Below are positions 38,844 through 50,676 of a stretch of DNA of 64,000 nt, piece after piece (within the stretch, counting starts at the first letter, position 1; every line of letters begins with the position of its first letter). The stretch is from NCBI GenBank assembly GCA_002104945.1, contig MCFH01000048.1:310001-374000 (forward strand). The letters are read 5' to 3'. Below the pieces are notes generated by a model, which saw only the letters and a program-made list of their open reading frames with translations, searched no databases and was not told the DNA's origin. The stretch is from Piromyces finnis finn. Lineage: Eukaryota > Fungi > Neocallimastigomycota. Made by a program: the position numbers and the translations under genes.

Positions 38844-39279
38844 TGTAACGCATAAAGGTATTGTACCTTTTCACCAAAATTGTATTTTGGGGATCCCTGA
38901 GCTGGCTTCGCCGTCAGGTTGTTGGACGCTGACCTACTTGTCATGTGTTCGACTCCGGGTTCTCTATATTATGGATTAAATATAGCATTCGCTATATTTA
39001 ATCCATAATATTTGTCTATTTCTATTTCTTCTTTTTTATTTAAATAATTGAAGTTACCAATCAATATAAATAATGTTTATTCATAATTATTAAATAAGAA
39101 TATTTATAAATAGTAAATATAAATAATTTATAAAATTCATGTAAATTAGTCTTTAGAATTAGTATTAAGGTTAATTTGTATTAATAATATTAAATAATCA
39201 AATTATTAATAAAATATACTATTAATACAAAAAATAGTTAATTAGTATTGTGTTAACCCGAGTCTCTCGCGTTGTTACA
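38844..39279. mobile_element. Solo LTR (TGTAAC...GTTACA) in the G2 5' leader, TSD AACGC
   Basis: aacgc at 38839-38843 and 39280-39284. Perfect 6-bp terminal inverted repeat. Confidence 0.9.
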
Positions 39280-39301
39280 AACGCAATACCTATACACTAA
39301 A

Positions 39302-39396
39302 TACTACCCTCTTAGAATTCTACCCTCTTAGAACTATACTCTCTTGGAACTCTACCCTCTTAGAATTCTACCCTCTTAGAATACTACCCTCTAGGA
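39302..39396 (+). repeat. Short tandem repeat (about 6 x 14-18 bp, ctaccctcttagaa core) in the G2 leader
   Basis: Directly visible just upstream of the gag ATG. Confidence 0.85.
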
Positions 39397-42300
39397 AATA
39401 ATTTATCTTAGTAAAAAATGGAAGAAGAAAATATAAATAATGCTACCTTCAAAGATGGTTTTGCTGGAGACCGTCGTTACTTCAAAGGGTTTTTAGCAAA
39501 AACCGAGTTACTATTCATGATTTATCCTGAAAAATTCGAAGATGATAATAACAAAATTTTATATATTATATCTCGACTTTATGGAACTGCTATGAATTGG
39601 GCTGCTACCCTGATGAATAACCACGATCCCTGCCTAAATGACTACGAAGCGTTTGTCGGAAGGTTAAAAGCTATGTATGGAAATCATGACGCTACCTTTG
39701 TTGCTAATCAAAATTTAAGAACTATAAAGCAACGCAGACTGGGGGATATTAGAAACTATATTTTGGAATTTAATAGCTATGCTGACGAGTCTTCATGGGA
39801 CGAAGAAGCAAAAATGGACTCTTTTTTAGCAGGCCTAAATGAACAAATAGCTACTAGGATCTTGGAAATGTTCCCTGGACCTCGATCTCTCGTTGCCATG
39901 CAAACAATTGCATCAAGAATAGATTGCCGCCTCTCAACCCATAAACAATTTTTCCATAATCAAGGCCGGAATAATATGAATTCTAACAATGTCAACAGGA
40001 AATCTATGTTCAATAGAAAATCTTTCGATACAAGTAAGCCTCGTGGACCTTTATCTAAAGAAGAAAAAGATAGAAGAAGAGCCGAAAATCTATGTCTCTA
40101 CTGTGGATCAGACGAACATCTTTTAGACAAATGCCCACTTAAGAATAGGAATAAAGCCCCCTCAAGTAGTACACATATAACCAACCCTGAACCAACTTTT
40201 ACCCCAAGACCAAGGATTTCAGATATAGCTAATGTCAATTTACCTATTTACCAATTCGATATGTTAGTATCAAACATTTCTACCAAAGCGAAAATGCTGG
40301 ATTCAGGTTCTCAGTTAAATTTAATTGATATAGTCTTCGTCAAGGAAAAGAATATTCCCTACTTCAAAGAAACCAACCTTCCCAAAGTGTCTGGAATTGG
40401 AGGAAATCAACCAATACTAGGAAAAACACTTCCAATCTCGATCGGTTATGAAAACCATAAATGTTCTGTGGAATTTTACGTCGTGGATCTCCCCTCATAT
40501 TGCGCTATTCTTGGAACAGAATGGTTGAGTATTCACAACCCAACTATTAATTTTTCCACAAAAGAATTAACCTTTAATTCTAAACATTGTATCTCAAGTT
40601 GCTTAATTATCCCAAGCACATTTACTGCTTTTGCCACTCCAGAGAAATCAAATTTGAAGGAAAGCATTGAACCAAAAACTGATAATAAAATTCAAGAGTT
40701 ATTACCAGCTAAACTTCTTCCATTTAAGGATGTTTTTGATGAAGGATCTACCAATAAGTTGCCGCCTCATAGGCCATACGATTGCGAAATCAAATTGCAA
40801 TCAGACTCCAAGCTATTTTACGGGCCAATTTATCCGTTAACTGAGAAAGAGTAAAATGCACTTAAGGATTACATTGAAGAAAACCTCTCTAAGGGATTCA
40901 TCAGGAAATCAAAATCTCCAGCTGGAGCGCCGGTACTTTTCGTACCAAAGAAGAGCGGAGAATTAAGAATGTGTGTAGACTACCGCCGCCTAAATGATAT
41001 TACAATTCGGGACTCTTACCCGCTCCCTTTAATAAATGATATGTTAGAACATCTAGGAAAGAGTAAAATATTTTCAAAACTCGATCTCCGATCTGCCTAT
41101 AATCTTATAAGAATAAAGGAAGGAGACGAGTATAAAACAGCTTTCACATGTAAGTTCGGACATTTCGAGTATTTAGTAATGCCTTTTGGGTTGAAAAACG
41201 CCCCAGCCGTTTTCCAACATTTTATCAACGATGTCCTTGAAGATATTTTAGGAAAATTTGTATACAGCTATATTGATGACATTATAGTTTTCTCCAATGA
41301 CGCCTCTGCTCATCTTAAGCACTTATCAGAAGTTTTAAAAAGACTTCGAGAAGCCGGCCTATTTGCAAAACTAGAAAAATGTGAGTTTTTCAGTCCCTTC
41401 CTTGACTTTCTTGGTCACCGAATATCAGCCGATGGAATACTTATGGATCCGAAGAAAATCTCTACTATTTTAGAATGGCCTATTCCAACCAATGTTAAGG
41501 AGTTACAACAATTCTTGGGTTTGGCTAATTATTACCGCCGATTTATTTCAGGTTACGCGAAGATTGTCCATCCCCTTAATAATCTCTTAAGAAAAAATGT
41601 AAAATTTAAAGTATCCGGTGAAGCCTTAGTCTCGTTTAACACAATAAAAGCAAAATTCACCTCCGCACCTATTTTGGCTTACCCTAATAGAGACCTTCCT
41701 TTTATGGTAGAAACCGATAGTAGTAATTTCGCGATTGGGGCCATACTTTCTCAGACATCACCAACTGATAATATTACTATTGCAGTAGCTTTCTATTCAA
41801 GATCTCTAACACCTGCTGAACGTAATTATTCCATTTATGATAAAGAACTCTTGGCCATCGTGGACTCACTCGAGCACTGGAGACACTTTTTGAAATGAAC
41901 GGAAACCCCATTTAAAATTTTCTCTGACCATCGCAATTTACTTTACCAGAAGAAACCAGAGAAAATGACACAAAGACTTGTTCATTGGTCTTTGTTTTTA
42001 TCAGAATTTAATTTTAAAATAGTCTATCGTCCAGGATATTCTAATGGAAAAGCCGATACTTTATCTCGTCGTTCAGATTATGTTACTTCTAATAATTCTT
42101 CTTCCTCTGATACACCATTTTCAGTTCTTAGACCTGAAAACTTTTGTGCTATTATCACTACGGTTTCCTCCTTAAATGAACAAATTTTATCAGGATACAA
42201 AAATGATGAATTTTATAATGGAATTTGTAATCAACTTAGCTCACCCATAATGAAAAACAAATCATCTAAGGTTAAAGGTAAGAATTTCTCAATTAACAAT

Positions 42301-44076
42301 AGTTTTTTACTTTTTAAAAATAGGATTTATGTTCCTCCTGCCTGTCGACCATCTGTACTGAATATTTGCATGATTCTCCTTCCGCTGGACACTTCGGCAT
42401 CAAGAAAACTATTTCTTTGATCTATCGTGACTTTTGGTGGCCCTCCATGATTACTGATATTAAGGACTATATCCGATCTTGCGATACTTGTTCCCGATCC
42501 AAAGATTTTAGACATAAACCTTACGGCTTCCTTAACCCTCTTAATCTTCCATCAGTCCCCTGGGTATCTCTTTCTATGGATTTTATAACCGATCTTCCTT
42601 TGTCTAATGGATTTACTTGTATACTGGTTGTTCTCGATCGCTTCACCAAAATGGGTCATTTTATTGCTTTCCCAAACGTTCCTTCCGCCGTTGATACCGC
42701 TTCCGCTTTTATGAAACATGTATTTAAACTTCATGGTTTACCAAATGAAATTTTTTCTGATAAAGTTGCCCAATTCACCTCTAAATTCTGGATAGCTATT
42801 TGCAATACTCTCGATATAACTATGAAGTTAGCTTCCCCTTTTCACCACCAAACCAATGGTTTAACGGAGAGGGTGAACTCCGTTATGGAGCAATATTTAA
42901 GATGCTATACTAACTATAAAGGTAATGATTGGAATGATTACTTATATTTAGCCGAATTCAGTTATAATAATGCTACTCAGGAATCTTTGAAACATTCCCC
43001 CTTTTATTCAAATTATGGTTATAATCCTAGGTTCTCACCAGCTATACAAAGTAATACCGATGTACCAAGAGCAAGTGAGTTTACTAAGGATCTTTCCGAA
43101 TTAGTTAAAGAACTTCAAAAGAACTTAGAACATGCAACTGAAAAACAAGAAAAATTTGCAAATAGGTACAGAACGGAAGCTCCAGAATTTAAGAAAAATG
43201 TCAAAGTTTGGATCAATAGCTCACTAATTATTCATGATGGAAATAAGAAACTGAAACCAAGAAGACTTGGACCCTACAAAGTAGTAGAAAAGATATCTAA
43301 AGTGTCGTATAAAATTGATCTCCCTCCAAGTATTAGGATCCATCCTATTATTCATGTAGTCGAGCTTGAACCGTACTATGCAGATAAGTTTGGAAGAAAC
43401 AAGAAACCTCCACCACCAATAATAATTGATAACGAAGAGCAATACGAAGTTGAAAAAATTCTTGACAAAAGGAAACACTACGGTAAGATCCAGTACCTTA
43501 TCCAATGGAAAGGGTATCCACTTTCAGAAGCCTCATGGGAGCCAGAAGAAAACCTAAATTGTCCAGAATTACTTAAAGAATTTACTAAATTAAATTAAAA
43601 AATATATATATATATATATATATATAACTTTCATGTATTTATTATAATAATGTAAAAGAAAATTCACTCATTTAAAAAGTTATAGTAATTAATTGAAATT
43701 AAATAATTTAAATAAACTTTAATTGGAAATTTGTAAAAGATTCGTCTGGAATCCGAATCATAGAGGAGGACCATGTAACGAATCTATAAAATAGTTAAAT
43801 AGCTATATTGGTTCAATAGTCAAAACCAGAATTATCAATTTGAACATTCTGGGTTCGACTCAACCTGATACCAATTTTATAAATAATTTTTATTATTACA
43901 AAATATAAATACATTAATGTAGCAATTATTGTAGTTCTAGAATTTTTATCAATTAATTTAAAGAACTTAAGAATTTTCTAAAAAATTAAAAAAAAATTAA
44001 TTATTCTATTTTTCTATTTTTATATAATGAAATTAATTCTTAGAAATTCTAAAAATTTTTATAAAAAGTATAAATA

Positions 44077-44691
44077 TGTAAAGATATCAAACGCCTCAAC
44101 TTGATATCTTTAATGTAACTTAAGCCATAAGTATTATTGTTTAAGTTACACAAATTATTCAGAAAAAGAAAATGAGACATAATTTATTTATTAATAATTA
44201 AAGTTTAAAACAAAATAAATTATTAATTTATTTTTAATGTTTAACAAGTAAATTAAAATTCTCAATTTAAATCCCTAGTTTTAGTATTGTTTTTTCATAG
44301 AAATAGATAAATAATATATAAATAATAAATGATTAATATATCAATAATACATGGGCACATATTCAAATTGAATAGTACTTAATTTGAATTGCCAATTGTA
44401 TTTTACTAAAAAAATAGTTATAGTTTAAATATTTATTAATAATTAAGATTTTAGTGTAGATTTTAAATAATAATATATAAGAAATAAATAGTTATAATAT
44501 AATATAAATGTATTTAGGAAAAATATAAATAGAAGATATTTTTCATCATTTTATCGATGTAATTGTTATTAATAAAATTTCTATTATAATAAAAGATATT
44601 TTTAATAAAACAATTTTTTATTTTATTTTAAATTTAGTGTTATTGTAATAGAATAGATATCCTAATCTATTCTTTCCGTGTCAGCATTACA
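44077..44691. mobile_element. Solo LTR (TGTAA...TTACA) inserted in the TATA box of the G2 3'LTR, TSD AAATA
   Basis: aaata at 44072-44076 and 44692-44696. Removing it restores agtataaatacgag, as seen at 38576-38589. Confidence 0.88.
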
Positions 44692-44929
44692 AAATACGAG
44701 TGAATTTTTCATCAAAAAATTTTTCTTCGTGTTTTTATTAATTAGAAATAAGTAATTTAAAATATTACAAATACTAATTAATAAATAAAATTAATTTTCA
44801 GATTTTTATTAATAAAAAATTATTTTCTAAAAAAACAAATTACTTATTTTAGTGTATACCTATTGTGGTAAAATTTAGTTTTTATTGATAAACTAATAAT
44901 ATTATTTATCTAATAAAAACATTACACAT

Positions 44930-47900
44930 TGTGAAAATTTTTATTAAATAAGTTTATTAATAAGGTTGACAAAGAGAAAAAGTTACAATGTAAACATTAC
45001 AGTTATATAATGAGATGTAAGATCATGTGACCATATAAAATAAAATAAATAAAAATAACTATCTCTACAACACGTAGACATTACATTTACAACACTTTTA
45101 ATACATGTTTATGTTTTTATAAATTAGTCATGTGTGTTTATAAATATATGATATAAATAAATAAATAAATAAAATTATGTGTCCATAAATGTTCACACTC
45201 TCCCTCAAATTAGATTTTCTTTAAGAATATCTTATTTGTATATTCAAACATTCTTGGACCAGGTAGATCTTTAGTTAAAGGGTCAGCTAGCATTTCTTTA
45301 GTGTTTATATATTCGATTTTTATATTGTTCTTTTCTATTCTGTCTATGATGAAATGATAGTGTATATTTATGTGTTTTAGCTTATTATTTGTTTCACCGT
45401 TTTCTATTATCTTCTTGCTTTCCTTGTTGTCGGTGAACAAAGTTATATTTTTATTGTAGTTAAAAATTTCATCTACCATATTTTTGATCCATAAGATTTT
45501 CTTCGTATTCATTGACGTACTGATGTACTTAGCCTTAGCGGTAGATGTAGCCACACAAGTTTGTTTCTTGGATAACCAGCATATTGGACTGTTTCCAATT
45601 AGAATTATCCTTCCAGAGGTAGATTTAAAGTCTTCTGCGCCTCCAATCTAGTACATTTTGACAATTATATTAATGCACTTATTGCACTTTTATATTTGGT
45701 TTTATCAAATGGGTTACTATTTGAGGTGCTCTTGTCAATTGTTGTACATGGCGTATTTCTTCTACGTACGTTTTCCATATGGAATCTTTGTAACACATTA
45801 TTAATGTAATTCTCTTGAGAAATAATGTATTTGGATCATTTCTTCTCAATTTTTATTCCTAGAATATAGTTAATGAGACTGCTATTTGATATTTTAAATT
45901 TATTTTTACTTTTGCATATTACTTTCTCTATTGTTTTTGTTTTTCCAACTATAACCATGTCGTCAACATATAAACCAATTATACATTTTACGTATTTATT
46001 TTCTTTTAATGTATAAATACATAGTTCGGATTTTAATGGTTTAAAGTTATTATTTCTCAGGAATTTATCTATTGTTTTATTCCATTGTCTTCCTGATTGT
46101 TTTAAACCATAGAGAGCTTTATTCAGCTTCCAGTATCCTCCCCAAATTTTCTATCTCCAAGCGGAATTGTGGTGTAAATATCCGTATCTAATGGAGCATT
46201 GAGTTAGGCAGCTTTAATATCAAGCTGATATATATCCCACTTATATTTTGCAGCAATAGTAATAATAAATTTTAGACTGTCAATATTTAAGGTTGGAGAA
46301 TAGGTTAAGTCAAAATCGATGCCTTGTTTTTGACGGAAACCTCTAGCTACAAGTCTAGCTTTAAAACGTACAATTTTATTATTGCTGTCCCTTTTAACAG
46401 CAAAAACCCATTTGGTAGATATAATATTTTTGTTTTTTGGGATATTTTTAACCAGGGACATAATTTTATTAGAATATAAATTATTCAATTCATCTTGAAT
46501 AGCTGCTTTCCAATATTTTGAATTCGTACAAGACATAGCTTCTTTGAACGTAGTGGGAGCATCAGTAAATACGGTAGCTATATATTTATTTTTGTGCTTC
46601 TTAGGAGTACCGGAATTATTAAGAGAGGTAGGACTGCAAGGCCTTTTTCTTTCAGGATGGGAGGAATCATCAGATTTATCGGCCATGATATCATCCATGA
46701 TATCATTTTCATCTTCCAAGTTTGGATCATGATCATCCATAGATTTATTGTCGTCCGGGATATAAGAATGAGAGTCACGTGTAATATTAGGAAAATCAGA
46801 AATTTTTGAATTTAAATTTATGTTATCATTAATATCCATAGTATCTGAGTTGGTAGAATTATCCTGTGTAACATTAGAATTTATGCTAGAATTATAACGT
46901 GGATTATTTGATTTATCATCCAATAGAATGTTTTAATTTTTATTTTGAATTTTTGAGTCAATTTTTGAAAAATTTTTATTAGTAAAAATTTTTTCACAAT
47001 GATTAATATTTGGATTTTCAGTAGTATTTTCACCAGTATTTTTGGTATTAGAAATATTTTCAGTGGTGAAACTTTCCTTTGAAGAATTATTAAAATAATC
47101 AGGATTTTCAATAATATTATTTTTGTTTTTATCAGGAAGATTTATTCCAGAGCGAACGTTATCAGGACCAAGATTTTCAGGATATTGGTATTTGTTATTT
47201 TCGTTAATATTATTTGAAATTTTATAATTTTTCTTTTCGAAATTGCAATTGTCATTTGCAATTTCTTCTAAAACTTTTAAAATGTCATTAGTAAATTTAT
47301 TTTTATTAAATTTTGAATTTAAATTATTATTTTTTGTTTTGAGTGTCGTTTTTTAATTTACTGTTTAAATTACTTTTTGAATTTTCTTCAATTTTGAAAT
47401 TTATATTATTCCTTTTATTAGTTTCTTTCTCTTTCCTTTTAGTTTTACCTTCTTTTGTATCGTTATATTTAGTATTTTCATAAACTGGGTCCTCGTCCAT
47501 ATTGTTGTTATTATCTTCTTCTTCAACTATTTCTTCTTCTTTTACTTCTACTTCTTTTTCTTCTTCTACTTTTACTTCTTCATTATTTTTAAAGTGGATA
47601 TTCACCTTTTTCTTGGAAGTAGTCCTTTCTGTATTATTGTTTTCTTTATTTATATTTGAATTTGTATCCGTAGTGTTGTTGTTCTTGTTGTTCAACAACT
47701 TTCTCTTTTACACCTTCTGTGTTATTGTTCTTCGATGAATCTGAGGGGACCTTATTGTCGTAATTGTTGATATTATATGAATCGTTGAAAGAGAAATACG
47801 GATCGTTTATATTTTTATTTTTATAAGTGTATTGTGCCGGCTTATCTTCACAGTATTCTATTTCCCTAGAATAGTGGATTTTAAGTTTATCACCACATAT

Positions 47901-48674
47901 CTCCATGACGATATATGAGTGATTTACTTCACTGAACCCAAGAAATATTCCTTCCTTCGAGTTTGGCGCGAATTTTGACTTATTAAGAGAATAGTCCTTA
48001 AAGTAACATATACATCCAAATACCTTTAGGTATTTTAGATCGGCTTCCTCGTTTGTAAATACTTCGTCAGGAATTAAATTATTGTTTCCTTGGTGTGGTA
48101 TTTTGTTGTAAATATAACAATAATATTTTACAACAAAACTCCAAAAGTCTTCAGATAATTTAGCCCAATATAAAAGTGTTTTAGCAGAATTTTGAATAGT
48201 TTGGTTTATTCTTTCTGTCTGCTTTTCCATTTAATTCATGTATATAAGAGGTGAGTTTATCTTAGATATACCGTTTTCCTGACAATACTTTATAACTTTA
48301 CTACTGTTATTATTTTGAAATTTTTAAACACACAAAAATTTTTGCTTTAAATTTTCTTAAGAAATTTTTTTATTATTGATTAGAGTTTGAGACTCTTAAT
48401 CTGTGATATAAATTTAATTAATAAATAATTTTAATAATAAGATTAACAAAGAGAAAAAGTTACATTGTAAATATTACAGTTATATAATGATATGTGAAGT
48501 CATGTGACTATATAAAATAAAATAAAAATAAATATAAAATAACTTTCTCTACAACCCGTTAGACATTATGTTTACAACACTTTTAATACATGTTTATGTT
48601 TTTATAAATTAGTCACGTGTGTTTATAAATATATGATATAGATAAATAAAATTATGTGTCCATAAATGTTCACA
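44930..48674 (-). mobile_element. Internally deleted Ty1/copia element. 5'LTR 48674-48402, PBS 48401-48381, IN C-terminal half, RT, RNase H (degenerate), PPT 45207-45198, 3'LTR 45197-44930
   Basis: TGTGA...TCACA LTRs of about 270 bp (visibly diverged). KWVFAVK...KARLVARGF, QLDIKAA, LCIYVDDM, ATSTAKAKY, TDNK, MLADPLTK. Only about 120 bp separate the PBS from the IN core. Confidence 0.9.
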
Positions 48675-49858
48675 ATTACATTCTGATAAATAATTAAATT
48701 TATAAATTATAAATTATAATAATAATAATAATATGTCATAAATACTAGTGAAATCTGCAATTTCAAGATCACTTGAAATTGTAAAATTACTTATAAAATT
48801 TCAAAATCAATAATATTCTATTTTCAAATAAATTATAAAATTATATTAAGAAATATTTAAAAATTTAGAAAAGGTTAAGATATGACCTTAACCTTTAATA
48901 TTTTTTATAATGAATAACTTTAACCCTTATCGTTATAACTTAATAACGAAAAAACAATCGTAACTCGACAACGAATGACGATTTTGGATAAATATGTTTT
49001 GGGAAATACGCTTGAGATAAACAACATATCTTAAAATCAGGTCAATATCTCTGCTGGTTCACGAGATATTCCAATTTAAAGATATTTTGTTAGTAATGAT
49101 TAATTGTTTATTCAGAGAATGATCACCCCTGATGTATCAAACATAAATCATTCACTCAAAAATAAAAAGAAATTATTTTAATCACAATATATAATTTAAT
49201 TATTCGCTTATAAAACAATTAAGATTATTTTAATAAAACATTTATTAAATTATAAGTTTAGTAATATTAATATTAATATTAAAACACAGATAGTTAAAAA
49301 TTAAAATAATTAACTTGTATAAAATTATTAAATTAAAAATTCTAAATGTAAACTTTTTGTTTATTTAATTGTTTAATTCTTTTTGAATTAAATAGTTTAT
49401 ATTTGTTTATAATTATACTTTAAAGTAATAATTTTATATAAATAGTAATAGAAAATGCTTTTTTTAAAACTGTTCCTAATAATCCGTCAAAATTGGATAT
49501 ATTATATTAAATTTAATAAATGGTTACTAATTATCCAAGAGAGAAAAATTAGATATTTATTTTAATAAAACAATATTTTTTATATAACTTCTATGACACA
49601 TACAATATGTATTAATTCTTAATTATTTAATAATACGAGAGTTATTTAAATAATATTATAATTTTATAATTAAACATAATAAACTTTACATTTTTAAAAA
49701 ACAAATACTTGCAAATGAACAAGTATAAAAATCATTTATTTTATTTTTAATTTTCTTATTTTTATTTATTAAATTTTAGATACAAGTATTATCACTTTCT
49801 ATAGTAAAATATAGAATTAAAATAATATTCTATACGTATCAATTCATTACATGGTCCT

Positions 49859-50676
49859 TGTAAAACATTCTAAACTAAAGTTCAGGTTTGTATACACAAT
49901 ACTAAACTAACACAATTAAACTAATTATTTTTAATAATAGTTCTATTTATAATTTTATTTATAATTTTATTTAAAAAAAAACTATCCTGAAAAAAAACAA
50001 CCGTTGATTACTTTACCGTGAATGTTATTTCACAAGAGCCCTCACTAGGTAATCAATACAAATTTTTATTATTTAAAAACTAATTATAAACTAACGTTAA
50101 TTTATCTATACTAAATTAACCTATACGATTTTCCAACTATCGTTTCAATAGTTGAAAAATTTACTTTATGCTTTTTAAATAAATTGAATAAATCCTAATA
50201 TACATGTTTTAATATTATAATTTTACATTGTTTACGTTAATACATTTATTAAAAGAAATTATTTGTATTAAACTATTTAAATTCAATTTATTTACTAAAG
50301 AATTTTCAAAACTTAAAATAAAGTTTTGATTTATTTACTATATGGTTGATTATATTTCAAACATATATTAAATTTATTTATTTCTAATTTTGAGGCTTAG
50401 TTTATAAAAAAAATTCTTTATTATATAAATTATTTATTGGTTAAAAATTATTTAATTTAAAATTTTATTTTATCATCAAAAACTTTATCTTATCATAAAA
50501 ATTAAATTTTTCATAAATTTATGTTAATATATTATAATACATTATCATAAATTTAGATTTCATGTTAATGTATTGTGATATAAATTTTGTATAAATTTAC
50601 GGTACATTAATTCAATACATTATACATTATTTTAATACGTATTAAATACATTATTCTATTAATACAATAATTTACA
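49859..50676 (-). mobile_element. Solo LTR family B inserted in the PPT of G3, TSD AGGAC/AAGAC
   Basis: Plus-strand flanks gtcct (49854-49858) and gtctt (50677-50681). Removal restores cctggaggaggacca-tgtaa, as in G1. Confidence 0.82.

Larger units (their letters stand above)
36614..44926 (+). mobile_element. Chromoviral Ty3/gypsy element G2, TSD CATTG. 5'LTR 36614-38818 (with a 1.67-kb insertion), gag-pol 39418-43598 (stops/frameshifts), 3'LTR 43774-44926 (with solo LTR)
   Basis: cattg at 36609-36613 and 44927-44931. LTR copies differ at about 3 positions plus one indel over about 520 bp. PPT gaggaggacca precedes 43774. CLYCGSDEHLLDKC, DSG, YIDD, chromodomain. Confidence 0.9.

Noticed and set aside
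39302-39396. CRISPR-like array
   Set aside because: The repeats are contiguous without unique spacers, in a eukaryotic retroelement leader.
44925-48679. TSD for the deleted copia element
   Set aside because: Flanks cacat and attac do not match. The left flank appears to have been replaced by the inverted-duplication junction.
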